A stretch of 64,000 nucleotides of DNA from Candidatus Krumholzibacteriia bacterium (GTDB taxonomy: Bacteria; Krumholzibacteriota; Krumholzibacteriia; LZORAL124-64-63), in contig JANTGJ010000004.1 in the NCBI GenBank assembly GCA_024762975.1, positions 2,002-66,001 on the forward strand. The letters are read 5' to 3'. The position numbers were made by a program, and so were the translations under genes. The notes under the pieces were generated by a model. The model was not told the DNA's origin and did not search any database. It saw only the letters and a program-made list of their open reading frames with translations. Shown here in pieces: positions 18,791 through 31,400 of the stretch. Position 1 is the stretch's first letter. Each line of letters starts with the position of its first letter.

Positions 18791-19486
18791 TTGAGCGCAG
18801 ACAAGCACGAAACGCCGGATTCCCATTCCGATACGGAAGCCTGGCAGGCTCTCCAGCCGGAGAAGCGTGACAAGATCTTTTCCGTCGCGGTGGACGAATT
18901 TGCCAAGGGCTACAGTTCCGCCTCGATGAACAGTCTGGCCAAATCCGCAGGCATCAGCAAAGGCAGTATTTTCAACTACTTCCGTTCGAAGGGCGATCTC
19001 TTCGATCGCATCCTCGAGGTGACCCTGAAGCAGGTAAAAAAATACCTGCGCGGAGTGCAGGAAGAAACCCGCGACCTGGGCTTCGTCGAGCGCCTGGGCG
19101 AGTTGCTGCGCAGCGGTTTTCGCTTCATCGACCGGCATCCCCGGCTAGCCAGCATCTATTTCAATATCCTGGCCGGGGGCGAGGCACCGTATCGTTCGCG
19201 GCAGATGGCCGTAATCACCCGCAGCAGCACCAATTACCTGGAGGATCTGGTAGAAGATGCGCAACGCTCGGGTGAGATTGCACCCAATGTGCGTTCACGC
19301 CGCCTGGCCTTCCTGATCAACGCCATGTTCGAGCGCATCCTGAGCGCCTACTACACCGAACAGTTGGCAGGCGACATGGACCTGTACCGGGCCGATCGCG
19401 AAACCCAGGAAGAGTGGATCGCACTATTCTGCGATCTGGTCCGTGGACAGCTGGGATCGGTGAACCAGGGAGTGAATGATGAGTGA
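18791..19486 (+). CDS. TetR/AcrR family transcriptional regulator
   Basis: The N-terminal HTH region KIFSVAVDEFAKGYSSASMNSLAKSAGISKGSIFNYFRSK is typical of TetR. TTG start follows AAGGAG. Confidence 0.85.
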   Translation: MSADKHETPDSHSDTEAWQALQPEKRDKIFSVAVDEFAKGYSSASMNSLAKSAGISKGSIFNYFRSKGDLFDRILEVTLKQVKKYLRGVQEETRDLGFVERLGELLRSGFRFIDRHPRLASIYFNILAGGEAPYRSRQMAVITRSSTNYLEDLVEDAQRSGEIAPNVRSRRLAFLINAMFERILSAYYTEQLAGDMDLYRADRETQEEWIALFCDLVRGQLGSVNQGVNDE

Positions 19487-20549
19487 TTCGCGTGCGGATC
19501 TGCCCCGTGTGGATGACCGGAGCGACGGCCGCTATTTCGTTCTCGAGGTCGAGCGCGACGCCTTCGTCGACCTGCAGCAATCGGCCCGCGAGCACGACCT
19601 GGAAATCCTCTGGCAGGACACCGGCTACGCCACCTACGGACTGACCACCAGCGATCATATCAATGCCATGGTCTGGGCCGACCGGGAGGGCGTGATTCGT
19701 GCCTGGCGCCAGGATACCGATGCGGTGCTGACCGGCCGCCGTTGGCGTCCGGATGCGACCGTGATCAAACAGGGGCCTTCTACGGTCGGCGGGGCGACCG
19801 TCGCCGTGATTGCCGGACCCTGCTCGGTGGAGAGCCGCGAGCAGATGCGCGAGGTGGCTGCCTGTGTGCGCGAAAGCGGCGGCGGCTGGTTGCGCGGGGG
19901 CGCTTTCAAGCCTCGCACCAGCCCCTACCGATTCCAGGGCCTGGGCGCCGCGGGATTGAAGTTTCTGAAGGAGGCTGGTGACGAGTACGGACTCCCCGTG
20001 GTCACCGAGGTCATGGACGCGGCCGATATCGAAATCGTGGCCGAGCACAGCGACATGCTGCAGGTGGGCTCACGCAATGGGCAGAATTTCTCGCTGCTCA
20101 AGGCGCTGGGTTCGTGCGGAAAGCCGGTCCTGCTGAAGCGGGGCTTCGGCTGTTTTACGGCCGAACTGCTGCATGCGGCGGAGTACCTGATGAACTACGG
20201 CAATGCCGAGGTGCTCGTCTGTGAGCGCGGCATCCGCAGCTACGAGCATTCGTCGCGTTTCACTTTCGACATCAACGCGATCCCGGTGCTGAAACAGGCC
20301 ACGCACCTGCCGGTAGTGGCCGATACGGCGCACGGCACGGGCGATGCCGCCCTGGTGGGCCCGATCGCCAAGGCGTCGATCGCCGCCGGCTGCGATGCCG
20401 TGATGTTGGAAATCCACCCCGATCCGGCCTTTTCCTACAGCGATGCCGACCAGGCGCTTTCGCTGGAGGGGTTCTCGACGTTGATGCGCGAAATGGCGAC
20501 AGTCGCCGAAGCGGTGGGCCGTCGTTTTGCCGGGGTCGAGCATGCTTGA
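19476..20549 (+). CDS. aroF: 3-deoxy-7-phosphoheptulonate (DAHP) synthase, type I-beta, with about 95-aa N-terminal regulatory-type extension
   Basis: GPCSVESREQ...GAFKPRTSPYRFQGLG...KRG...HG matches KDO8PS-like DAHPS. The start overlaps the tetR stop. Confidence 0.85.
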   Translation: MMSDSRADLPRVDDRSDGRYFVLEVERDAFVDLQQSAREHDLEILWQDTGYATYGLTTSDHINAMVWADREGVIRAWRQDTDAVLTGRRWRPDATVIKQGPSTVGGATVAVIAGPCSVESREQMREVAACVRESGGGWLRGGAFKPRTSPYRFQGLGAAGLKFLKEAGDEYGLPVVTEVMDAADIEIVAEHSDMLQVGSRNGQNFSLLKALGSCGKPVLLKRGFGCFTAELLHAAEYLMNYGNAEVLVCERGIRSYEHSSRFTFDINAIPVLKQATHLPVVADTAHGTGDAALVGPIAKASIAAGCDAVMLEIHPDPAFSYSDADQALSLEGFSTLMREMATVAEAVGRRFAGVEHA

Positions 20550-21888
20550 GCGCTGTACGGCAAACAATCGCTCCGAAGCGCTGACGATTCTGCGCCAGTG
20601 GCTGCCCCACGACGCGACCGAGGGCTTCCGGCGCCTGGAAATCGCACTACCCGCCTGCGAACCGCTGGGTCTGGATCTGTACCCTCGCGTGCAGTGGATT
20701 TCGCGGGACAACGCTCTTGCGATCGAGGCTGCCGGTTGCGCCCTGCAGGCCGAGTTGCCGACCTGGGGTCGCATGGGCGGTCTGGAGCAGGAACTGCGCG
20801 GAAGGGTAGACCCGGAATCGGCCGCCTCGTTGCGCTGGTTCCTGTGGGGTCGCTTCGATGCCACGACCGATCCGGAAGCCGAATGGCAGAGCTATGGCAC
20901 CCGTCGCCTGTTGCTGCCGAGCCTGGAAATGCGACGCGAGAGAGACCGCTGTCTGTTGGCCTGCAACTGCAATACGCAGGGCCTGCCCGCGCTGCGGGCT
21001 GCCCTGTCCGCCCCGACCTTGCCGGGTCCTGCCGAGGCGTTCGGTTGCCGGGATGCCGGATCGACGCCGAACCGTGGGGATTGGGATGCACAGGTGGCGC
21101 GGGTTCAGCACCTGCTCGAGGAGGGGACGCCGTTGCAGAAGGTGGTCCTGGCCCGTCGTGCCTCGTGGACGGTGGAGTGGTTCGACCCCGCCCGATTGCT
21201 GGCCCGTGCGGCCGAGTTGCAGCCGGCTTCGTATCGATTGTTGATCCAGCCCGATCCGAAAACAGCGTTTCTGGCGCTCAGTCCGGAGCGTTTGTACCGG
21301 CGCGATGGCGAGCAGATCGAGAGCGAAGCGTTGGCCGGCACTCGACCGCGCGGAGGCGACGAATCGGCCGATGCCGCACTGGGGAAGGAGCTGCTGGAAT
21401 CGGAAAAAGATCGACGCGAACAGCAACTGGTACTGGATCAGATCCTCGATGCGCTGCAGCCGCTGACGACGACATTGGATGCGGACAGCAAGCCGCATCT
21501 GCGCCGCTTGCGCGAAGTGCAGCATCTGTGCAACCGGGTGGAAGGCATATTGCGCACGGGTGTCGGCGACGGTGATCTGCTGGCGGCCCTGCATCCGACG
21601 CCCGCGGTGGCCGGGCAACCGCCGCGCGAGGCGCGAGAGACGATCGCCGCCCTCGAGCCCTTCGACCGGGGCCTGTACGCCGGCCCGGTCGGCTGCTGTT
21701 CGGCGGAGCAGAGCGAGGTCGCCGTGGCGATCCGGTCGGCGTTGTGGCACGATGGCCGGCTCCATCTGTATGCGGGCGCCGGCCTGCTGCCCGCCTCCGA
21801 CGCCGAGGCGGAATGGAACGAGACACGTGACAAGATGGCCCTGCTGGGCGATTTGTTGCGGCACCGTTCCGGAAAGGCCGTCTCATGA
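20542..21888 (+). CDS. menF: isochorismate synthase
   Basis: Chorismate-binding C-terminal blocks (LHPTPAVAG, GLYAGPVG, AGAGLLPASDAEAEWNETRDK). The ATG at 20542 overlaps the aroF stop. A TTG at 20527 is also possible. Confidence 0.85.
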   Translation: MLERCTANNRSEALTILRQWLPHDATEGFRRLEIALPACEPLGLDLYPRVQWISRDNALAIEAAGCALQAELPTWGRMGGLEQELRGRVDPESAASLRWFLWGRFDATTDPEAEWQSYGTRRLLLPSLEMRRERDRCLLACNCNTQGLPALRAALSAPTLPGPAEAFGCRDAGSTPNRGDWDAQVARVQHLLEEGTPLQKVVLARRASWTVEWFDPARLLARAAELQPASYRLLIQPDPKTAFLALSPERLYRRDGEQIESEALAGTRPRGGDESADAALGKELLESEKDRREQQLVLDQILDALQPLTTTLDADSKPHLRRLREVQHLCNRVEGILRTGVGDGDLLAALHPTPAVAGQPPREARETIAALEPFDRGLYAGPVGCCSAEQSEVAVAIRSALWHDGRLHLYAGAGLLPASDAEAEWNETRDKMALLGDLLRHRSGKAVS

Positions 21889-23603
21889 GTGGATTCTCGA
21901 GATTCAATCCGCACACCGCCGCAAATATCAATGCCCTGTGGTGCGGAATGCTGGTCGAGGAACTCGGTCGACTGGGTGTTCGCGATGTGGTGGTGTCGCC
22001 GGGGTCGCGCAACACGCCCCTGGTCGCCGCCCTGGTTTCGGCAGGCACGATGCGGGTGACGGCGGCCATCGACGAACGCGGCGCCGGTTTCCATGCCCTG
22101 GGATGCGCCCAGGCCGGACGCGCGGCCGCCGTGGTCACCACCTCGGGTACGGCCGTGATGAACCTGCTTCCGGCAGTGACGGAGGCCAGGCAGTCGGGCG
22201 TCCCGCTGCTGGTGCTCTCGGCCGACCGCCCCGTCGAGGCGCGCGACTGCGGCTCGAACCAGACCATTGACGCTCTCGGCCCCCTGGCGGCACTGGTGAA
22301 ATGGCAGCACGATCTGCCGGCGCCCGATGATCGACTGCCCGCGCGACTGGCGTTGACGGCACTGGATGAGTCCGTTCGAGTCGCAACCGGCGGTTTCCCC
22401 GGACCGGTGCAGTTGAATTGCGCCTTTCGCAAGCCGCTCGAACCCACCGCCGTCGAGTGGGATGCTGCCTGTCTGGCCGGCCTCGAGGCGTGGTTTGCCG
22501 GTAGCGAGCCCTTCGTTCGCAATGTTCCGGTGGCGTCGCGACCCGACCTGCGAGAAGTACTCGCCGAGATTTCGCGCACCGAACGCGGTCTGCTCGTGGT
22601 GGGCAACACGCGCGAAGGAGATCGGATCCGGCCCCTGGCCGAAAGCCTCGGCTGGCCGGTGATCGCCGACCCGGGGTCGGGACTGCGTACCCGCGCCGGC
22701 GAGCTACCCCTGATCCGGTACGCCCAGTGGATGAATGACTTGCCGCAGCCGGATCTCCTATTGCAACTGGGTTCGCGGCTGGTCTCCGGCAAGCTGGAGC
22801 AGTGGCTGGAGTCCTTGCCCGCTCGCCGCATCCTGATCGATCCGGCCGAAGAGCGCCGTAACCCGGGCCACGTGGAACTGACGCGGGTCACAGCTGGTAC
22901 GGGGGAATCGGCTGAAGCCCTGGCGGAGGCATGCCTGGCCCGAATGCCCGGCCCCTGGACGCAAGCCTGGTTGGACGCCGATTCCCGGATCGGCGCAGTG
23001 ATCGACAACACGATCGCCTCTGCGAACGAGCTGACCGAGGCCGAGATCGCACGCGATGTCGCAGCCGCCGATCAGCGCCTCTTCCTGGGCAACAGCTTGC
23101 CGGTTCGCCACGTCGGCGGGTTTGCCGCAGGCTCTTCGTCCCATGGCGGAATCGGCAAGAACCGCGGCGCCAGCGGCATTGACGGGGTACTGGCAACGGC
23201 CTGTGGCCTGGCCTGCGGTACCGGCGAGCCCATCGTCCTGTTGATCGGTGACCTTTCGTTGTTGCACGATCTGAACAGCCTGTTGTTGGCACGCCGTTCG
23301 CGGCAAAAGGTGCTCATCGTGGCGATCCACAACGGTGGTGGCGGTATTTTCGACCACTTGCCCGTGGCTCAGTACCCGGAGGTGAAGGCGCCCCTGTGCG
23401 ATGGCACGCACGACGTGGCGCTCGCGCCCCTGGCCGCAGGTTTCGGACTGCCGACCTGGGTCTGCCGCACGCGCGACGAGTGGCAATCGGCATGGATCGA
23501 GGCACAGGCCTGCGGTGAGTCCTGCCTGATCGAGGCCGTCGTGCCGAGAGATGGACACGGCCGGTGGGTGGCCCGACTCAGGGGGCGCCTGGCCGATGGC
23601 TGA
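21885..23603 (+). CDS. menD: 2-succinyl-5-enolpyruvyl-6-hydroxy-3-cyclohexene-1-carboxylate (SEPHCHC) synthase
   Basis: ThDP-enzyme blocks (VVSPGSRNTPL, IGDLSLLHDLNSL). ATGA overlap with menF. Confidence 0.9.
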   Translation: MSGFSRFNPHTAANINALWCGMLVEELGRLGVRDVVVSPGSRNTPLVAALVSAGTMRVTAAIDERGAGFHALGCAQAGRAAAVVTTSGTAVMNLLPAVTEARQSGVPLLVLSADRPVEARDCGSNQTIDALGPLAALVKWQHDLPAPDDRLPARLALTALDESVRVATGGFPGPVQLNCAFRKPLEPTAVEWDAACLAGLEAWFAGSEPFVRNVPVASRPDLREVLAEISRTERGLLVVGNTREGDRIRPLAESLGWPVIADPGSGLRTRAGELPLIRYAQWMNDLPQPDLLLQLGSRLVSGKLEQWLESLPARRILIDPAEERRNPGHVELTRVTAGTGESAEALAEACLARMPGPWTQAWLDADSRIGAVIDNTIASANELTEAEIARDVAAADQRLFLGNSLPVRHVGGFAAGSSSHGGIGKNRGASGIDGVLATACGLACGTGEPIVLLIGDLSLLHDLNSLLLARRSRQKVLIVAIHNGGGGIFDHLPVAQYPEVKAPLCDGTHDVALAPLAAGFGLPTWVCRTRDEWQSAWIEAQACGESCLIEAVVPRDGHGRWVARLRGRLADG

Positions 23604-24314
23604 TCGACTGATCCTGCTGCACGGCTGGCTCGGCGATCCGGGCGATTTCGAGGGGCTGCAGCGGCATCTGCCTGAAATGACCGGGCTGTCCCTGCCCGGC
23701 CACGGGAAGCGGGTTCTGGACGCTCGGGCCACGACGGAATCGGTGCTGGAAGGGCTGGCCGAAGATATCGAACGGGTAGCTGACACGGGGTCCTATGTGC
23801 TGGGCGGCTACAGCATGGGGGGCCGTGCGGCGGCCTGGCTGACGGCCACGGGACGGCTCTCGCCGCAGGCCCTGGTCCTGATCGCGGCGTCGCCCGGCCT
23901 GCCGACGCGGTCCCGGCGCGACGAGCGGCGAGCGGTGGATGAGGTGCGCGCTCAGCAATTGCGCGACCAGGAGTTCACGAAATTCCTGGACCGCTGGTAC
24001 CGCCTGCCGCTTTTCGCGGATCTGCGCCACGGCGAGGATTTCGAGGCGACTCTCCAACGGCGCCTCCAGCGCGATCCCCAGCAATGCGCCCGCGCCCTGG
24101 AATTGCTCAGTGTTGGGAATCAGCCGGATCTGACAGAGCACGATTTTGAACGGGAAGTGTTGTACATCGCCGGTTTGCAGGATCGGAAATATGCCGATCT
24201 GGCGACCGGATGGAAAAATGTCCGCGCCGAATTGATCCCGGGTGCGGGTCATGCGGTCCACCTGCAACGGCCCGACGAGGTCGCTGCACGGATCCGAGAA
24301 ATGGAGAGCCTGAA

Positions 24315-24318
<4 letters not shown>
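23596..24318 (+). CDS. menH: SHCHC synthase (alpha/beta hydrolase)
   Basis: [10 protein letters not shown] and the nucleophile elbow GYSMGG, plus position within the men operon. Overlaps the menD stop. Confidence 0.75.
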
Positions 24319-25150
<832 letters not shown>

Positions 25151-25154
<4 letters not shown>

Positions 25155-26071
25155 TGCGCGGCGGCGTATCAATCTGGCTGGAAGCGGCGCGGCCCAAGAC
25201 GTTGTGGGCCGCCGTTGCTCCGGTCACCATGGCGGCGGCGATGGCCTGGAAGGCCGGCGTCTTTCACGGCCCGACCCTCGCCGTCATCATCATCGCGGCG
25301 TTGCTGATCCAGATCGGCACCAATCTGGCCAACGACTACTTCGATTTCCGCAAGGGCACCGATACCGAGGAGCGCATCGGGCCGACGCGGATCACGCAGG
25401 CCGGTCTGGCCAGCCCGGGTGCGGTGAAGATCGCCTTCCTCATCGCCTTCGGACTGGCCATTCTGCTGGGAGTCGTTCTGCTGCTGCGCGGCGGTTGGCC
25501 GATCGCGGTCATCGGACTGACCTCGGTTCTGCTGGGCGTACTCTACACGGGCGGGCCCTGGCCGCTGGCCTACATTGGCGCCGGCGACATCTTTGCTTTC
25601 CTGTATTTCGGCCCGGTGGCTGCGGCCGGTACCTGGTACCTGATGGCGCACACCTGGACCTGGGAATCGGTGCTGGCCGGTTGCGCTGCGGGCTTTTTCT
25701 CCACGGCATTGCTGACGGTGAACAACTATCGTGACATCGTGTCGGATGATCGCGGGGGCAAACGCACGCTGGCTGTTCGCTTCGGTCCGTGTTTCGCACG
25801 CACCGAATTCTTCGCCATGCTGACCGGCGCAGTCGTCATTCCCTTCCTCCTGGCGACATTCTTCGGTGCGAGCTGGGCCCTGTTGATTGCGGTGGTTCCG
25901 GTGGTCGTGCGCTGGCCGGGATTCGTCCGCCGTCTGGATGTCGAGCCCAGCGAGGAGCGCACTTTCGGAGAGGCGATGAACCGGATGCTGGCCGATGTCG
26001 GCCGCCTCGAGATCCTGTACGCGTTGCTGTTCTCGATCGCCTGGATCGCCGGACCGGGGGGCGGTTCGTGA
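25151..26071 (+). CDS. menA: 1,4-dihydroxy-2-naphthoate polyprenyltransferase (UbiA family)
   Basis: [14 protein letters not shown] motif, about 8 TM helices, [24 protein letters not shown] overlaps the menB stop. Confidence 0.9.
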
Positions 26072-27066
26072 GCTGGTCGTGGGCGCAGTACCGGTTGCCG
26101 CTGGCAATGCCGACCACCGCCGGAGGCGGTCTGGAGCGTCGCGGTTTGATCCTCTCCTGGGACGGTGCGTGGGGCGAGGCGGCGCCACTGCCCGGATTGC
26201 ATGACGAGGCGCTGGAGAATCTGCCGGCTCGGTTGGAGAAGCTGGATCTGCCGGAGTGTCTGCCGGCGGGCACTCCCGGCGAGATCCTGGCACGGTTGAT
26301 TCGCACGCCGGGCTTCGGAGTGCTGCCGCCCAGTCTGCGCTTCGGCCTCGAGAGTGCCGCGTTGCAGTACGCCGCCGACTGTGGGGACCTGCCGCTCTCG
26401 CGATTCCTGTGGCCGGGGAAACCGTTGGAAGCACCCCGGTCGGTCGGACTCTTCTCGGGCGATGCCGACGAAGCGGCGAGCCTGCTGGACGCCGGTGCAT
26501 TCTCCTCCTACTCGGGCGTGAAATTGAAGGTCGGTCGTTCGACTCTCGACGAAGACGTGCGGGTGGCCGGGATCTTCCGTGACCGCTGGCCCGCTGCCGA
26601 GATCCGACTCGACGCGAACCGTTCATTCGATCTGTCGACGATGCGGGAGCTGTGCACTCGCACCGCCGATCTGGATATCGCCTTCGTCGAAGAGCCCTTT
26701 GCCGACCGGCGCGATCTGGCTGCCTGGTTGCAATCGGACGCAGGATTGCCGGTCGCGCTGGACGAAACCGTCGTTGCCGCCCTGCGCGGTGGCGATCTAC
26801 CCCCGTCCGGCCCGCGCGTGGCCGCGTGGGTCGTCAAACCCTCCTGCGTCGGAGTCTTTGCTACACTTCAGCTCATGGCCGATGTGCAACCTACGCGGGT
26901 CATCGTCAGTTCCTCTTTCGAATCCAGCGTCGGAATGGGCATGCTGCGAGCGCTGTCGTCAGGCAGTTCGGCGGCACCCGGACTGGGGACGGATCGCTGG
27001 TTCCCGCATGAGTTGACCGAGGACCACCTGGGTGCGTGGCGAGCCCTTCCGGGAGGACGGGCATGA
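26068..27066 (+). CDS. menC: o-succinylbenzoate synthase (enolase superfamily)
   Basis: VKLKVG, RLDANRSF, FVEEP and ALDE metal/catalytic blocks. The GTG start forms a GTGA overlap with the menA stop. Confidence 0.8.
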   Translation: MSWSWAQYRLPLAMPTTAGGGLERRGLILSWDGAWGEAAPLPGLHDEALENLPARLEKLDLPECLPAGTPGEILARLIRTPGFGVLPPSLRFGLESAALQYAADCGDLPLSRFLWPGKPLEAPRSVGLFSGDADEAASLLDAGAFSSYSGVKLKVGRSTLDEDVRVAGIFRDRWPAAEIRLDANRSFDLSTMRELCTRTADLDIAFVEEPFADRRDLAAWLQSDAGLPVALDETVVAALRGGDLPPSGPRVAAWVVKPSCVGVFATLQLMADVQPTRVIVSSSFESSVGMGMLRALSSGSSAAPGLGTDRWFPHELTEDHLGAWRALPGGRA

Positions 27067-28259
27067 TCCGGCAACTTCTGCTCCAGAACGCCGACGCGCC
27101 CTTCTTGGTCGGTCCGGCCGGAACGATCTCCCGCGCCGAAGCAGCCGAACGTATTGCCGTTCGCTCCGCCGGCATCCACAAAGTGGGCATCGTTCCCCTC
27201 GAGATCGAGCCGTCGGCCGACGCGGTCCTCGAATTGCTCGCGGTACTGGCCGGCGGCCGCGTCGCGGCTCCATTGAACCTGCGCGAACCGGCGCCGATTC
27301 GCGAAGGTCTGCACAGCCGACTCGAAGCGACCCCCGTGCCGTCCGGCTCCGCGCTGTTGGTTCGTACTTCGGGTACGACCACAGAAGGCAAGTGGGTCTG
27401 GCTTGATCTGGAATCGCTCTTGCACGGCGCAACCTGCGCCGCGCGCGCACTCGATTTCGGGGAGGGGGACCGCTGGCTCCTGAACCTGCCCTTGTACCAT
27501 GTCGGCGGCCTCGGTCCGATCTGGCGGGCGTTGGTTGGTGGCGGTGCCCTGGCGTTGCCCTCTACGTCTTTCTCGCATGCATCGGTCGTTGCAGCGCAAC
27601 TGCAACGATTGCTCGAGAACGGGATCCCCAGGCCCTGGAAGGCCTGTCGCCGGGCCCTGCTCGGCGGTGGCCCGGTGCCCGAGGGACTGTTGGAGAGTGC
27701 CGCCGCGCGTGGCCTCCAGGTTACGTCCAGCTATGGCATGACCGAAAGCGGCTCCTTGTGCGTGGCCGACGGCCGTGCGATCGGCAGTTGCGAATTGCGC
27801 AGCCACGAGGGCGAGATTCAACTGCGTGGTCCGGCGCTCTTTCGTGGCTACCTCGACCTGGTGACCGGAAATCTTGCTCGGCCCGATGCCGGCGATGGGT
27901 GGTTTCCGACCGGCGACCTGGGTCGTATCGACGAGGCCGTCCTGACGGTCCGCGGTCGGCGCGACAACCAGTTCGTTTCCGGCGGCGAGAATATCCAACC
28001 CGAAGAAATCGAGAGCGCGCTGTTGGCGATCGAAGGCATCGACGAAGCGGTCGTCGTGCCGGTTCCCGATCAGCGGTTCGGACTTCGCCCAGTGGCCTTC
28101 ATCCGCCCCTACAGGGAGGGCCTGGGTGATCAGCTGCGGGTTGCATTACCGGGCTTCCGGGTTCCGACCCGGTTTCTGCCGCTGCCCGTCCCCAACGACG
28201 GTGCCCTCAAGCCGCGTCGCGCCGAACTGGCCCGACTTGCTCTACGGACAGATCTCTGA
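27063..28259 (+). CDS. menE: o-succinylbenzoate--CoA ligase (AMP-binding family)
   Basis: TSGTT..GK, WFPTGDLG and SGGENIQPEEIE blocks. ATGA overlap with menC. Confidence 0.8.
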   Translation: MIRQLLLQNADAPFLVGPAGTISRAEAAERIAVRSAGIHKVGIVPLEIEPSADAVLELLAVLAGGRVAAPLNLREPAPIREGLHSRLEATPVPSGSALLVRTSGTTTEGKWVWLDLESLLHGATCAARALDFGEGDRWLLNLPLYHVGGLGPIWRALVGGGALALPSTSFSHASVVAAQLQRLLENGIPRPWKACRRALLGGGPVPEGLLESAAARGLQVTSSYGMTESGSLCVADGRAIGSCELRSHEGEIQLRGPALFRGYLDLVTGNLARPDAGDGWFPTGDLGRIDEAVLTVRGRRDNQFVSGGENIQPEEIESALLAIEGIDEAVVVPVPDQRFGLRPVAFIRPYREGLGDQLRVALPGFRVPTRFLPLPVPNDGALKPRRAELARLALRTDL

Positions 28260-28436
28260 TTTTCCGCGTGGATTGCCCCCTACGCCTTCCAATCTGTAGT
28301 ATCATCGACGGATTCGGAACGGAATTGCCACGATCAGACCGGGCGTTCGATTTTCTGAGAATGGATCCGGTAATCGGTTTCCCTTCGCCGTCCTATCCAG
28401 CGGCGAGTGATTCATCGGTTGCGAAGGGGGAAAACC

Positions 28437-31400
28437 ATGTGTCGCCAGATGATCCTGATTTGCGTTCTCGCGGTTCCGCTCATTGCCGGGTCCTCCCAGG
28501 CAGCGAAGAAACCCATGATCTCGGCGGATCCCGGCGGCATCCTCCGCGGCGGATCGGCGGTCAGTGCAATCGCCGCACGCGATTCGCTCCTGTTGATCGG
28601 GCCCTGGGGCAGCGGCGCCCCGTACAATGGACAATTCGAGACTCCGGACGGAGCGCCGGCCTGGAATGGCTGGACCTCGGTCGACGTGACCCAGGCAACG
28701 ACCTCGCACTGGCATGTCGATACCTACAACGTCGTTTCGGGTGCCTACAGTGCGTGGTGCGGCGAGATGGCGATCCCGGCGTGCAATGAATTCGATCCTG
28801 CGGGCGGCTACGCCGGCGGTTACGACGAGCTGCTGTCGTGGGTGCGTCAGGTGCCGGACAATTCACTGCCGGCGACCATCAATATTTCGGCCACTGCGAA
28901 CCACGATGTCGAGCCGGGTTACGATTTTGTCCACCTGGGTTACTTCAAGAACGACCAGGAAATCGCTTACCTCTGGACGGCCGACGGCATCGGCGAACAG
29001 GTGTCGGTCAACGGAAATGTCACCTACCTGCCCGGCGAGTACACCGGTGAGTACGGCGACCAGGTGCGCATCACGTGGCACGTAACCAGTGACGGCGGCT
29101 GGGACGACGGTGATTGCTCCTACTACGGCGACGGTGCACTGCAGGTGGATGACATCACGGTCACGATGCTGTACGACGGCGCCGTGGTCGAGACTTTCGA
29201 CGACTTCGAGAACGGAACACTGGGCAACTGGGCGCCCGAGTTCCCGGCCGGCGTGGGGAACTACGCGCATCTGCGCGGCGGACTCGGTGACCTGGACCCG
29301 TGTGCGTCCAACCCATCGCCGCAGGTCTGTTTCATTGCCGACGAGACCATGCTGAACGAGCGGGGCCTGCCGCTGGCAAGCTGTACGGACTGGTGCTACG
29401 ACCCCGGGGGCTATGTCGTGAACTACGACGGCGGTTTGGCGGGTCCCGATTTCCACCTGAACAACGTCGTGTGGTCACCCGTCATCAACTGGCCGATTCC
29501 CGGTTACACCGGATTGGATCTCGATTTCGATTGTTACCTGCACGAGGAACTGGCGATGGATTCGCCGGGGATCTTCGTGTTGTGGGATCTCCGCTCGATC
29601 GTGGACGGCAAAGTCGTCGAGACGGCCGCGAAGGACCGCCGCTTTCTGTACTACGGGGGGCCGGAGTACCGGAGATTCGATCTGTGGGATCTCGCGGATT
29701 TCGTCGAGCCGGGCGCCACGGGCTTCCAGATCGGTCTGGAGGTCTTTGAGGCGGGCTATATCTATGGTTGGTGTGGAGTCAATGGAACGCCCGCGCCTTA
29801 CTTCGACAATGTGCGGCTGTCCGCGTTCGCGCTCGAAGGGCTGTCGTTCTGGGCGAGCGAAGGGATGTTGGCCCAGGACGCGTTCCCGGCCGATGGTCAG
29901 ATCCACACGGGCACCGACCTGGGGTTGAACGACGTCCGTTTTGACATGGCGCGGGATATCTCCGCCGACAGCGATCTGCGAAATGACCCGGGTGACTCGA
30001 TCGTGGTGGTCATCAACGCGAACGAGATCGGGGCGACCCTGGTCGAAACGGATGTCGACGCGACGGTGACGGCGCCGCGCCTCCATTTCGTCATCGATGC
30101 CAACGAGGTTTTTGGAGCCGATCTGCGGCTGCCGGTCGGAGCCTTCACCTGCGACAGTGAAGGGCCGACCGTCCTGTCGGGCGAGATCACCTCGATCGGC
30201 GAGGGGCGGATCACCGGCTGGGTCGCCGGGGCGCCGGCCGAACGCGACGGATACGTTTCGGTCGATAGTTGGATGTTCGATCTACCGGATGCGGACCTGC
30301 TCTATCCAGGCGACGAACTGCACTACTACATCGAGGCCTGGGACGAGAAGGACGGTCAGTACCGGCGGGCGACCCTACCGGCCGATATCACCGACTGGGA
30401 CAACTTCCAGGACCCGCGTTACTACCGTCCCGAGTTCACCTTCCGGGCGCTGCCGACGCTGCAGGATGCGGACGGTGCGCACCCCGGGATCCTCCTGTGG
30501 AACGATACCGCGGACGAGGGTGGGCGCTACGCGTGGCATTTCGCGCTGCTGCGGAACTCGTATGAACCCGGGTTGGATTACGACGTATTCTACACGAATT
30601 ACCCCACAGCGGGGATCGGGAACGGACTCGGAGGGCGCGCTACGCTGGCGCAAATCGAAGGCTACGATACGATCCTCTACACCTCCGGCGGGATGGACGG
30701 GTTTACGATCACACCGCAGGACTACACCCGGGATGCCGGCGACGATATCGGATTGCTCACCGCCTGGCTCGAGACCGGCGGCAAGAACCTCTTCGCGACC
30801 GGCGATGATCTGGCCAGCGATCTGTGGGACAACGGCGAGGCTGAAGGGCAGGCCCTGCTGGCCGACTGGTTCGGTATCTCCGTTGTGGAGGACGACATGC
30901 GCCCGATGTCGGGAGGTGCACTGGAGTACGCCGTGGTGCCCGCCGCCGGCTCCTCGCTCTTTCCGGCTCCGGACTCGTGGGTGGTTTCCGGCGGTTGTCC
31001 CGGGTTGAATCGTTTCGACGCCGTGCAGGCCACCACCGGTACGACCGAAGCACTGTTCGTCGGGAACGGAAATGATCTTTCCGCAGCCACACGACGAATC
31101 GCAGCCAACGGGTCGCAGGTCGTCAGCATGCCCTACGACCTGTCCAACATCGTGGATGTGCGCGATCCGGACGACCCCGGCGGACTCCTTCCGATGCCGG
31201 TCCGGGCCGAGGTACTGGGCAGCGTGCTGACCTCGTTCGGCTGGCCCCCCGGGACGAATCAGTGGACCGGTACGGAGGCGCCGGCAGCGATCTTTGCCAC
31301 ATCGGCCCATCCGAATCCCTTCAATCCGGCGACGCGGATCGACTACCAGATGCCGCGTGACGGCCACCTGCGCCTGCGCATCTACGATGTGCGCGGCCAG

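Noticed and set aside
21278-23011. 577-aa minus-strand ORF. Similar long antisense ORFs occur at 25169..26626, 31454..32878, 59326..60756, 20647..21864 and 10684..11706.
   Set aside because: All are antisense to genes with strong family signatures (menD/menF, menA/menC, the PLP enzyme, asnS, the PG-binding lipoprotein). Their products are Arg/Pro/Gly-rich nonsense.
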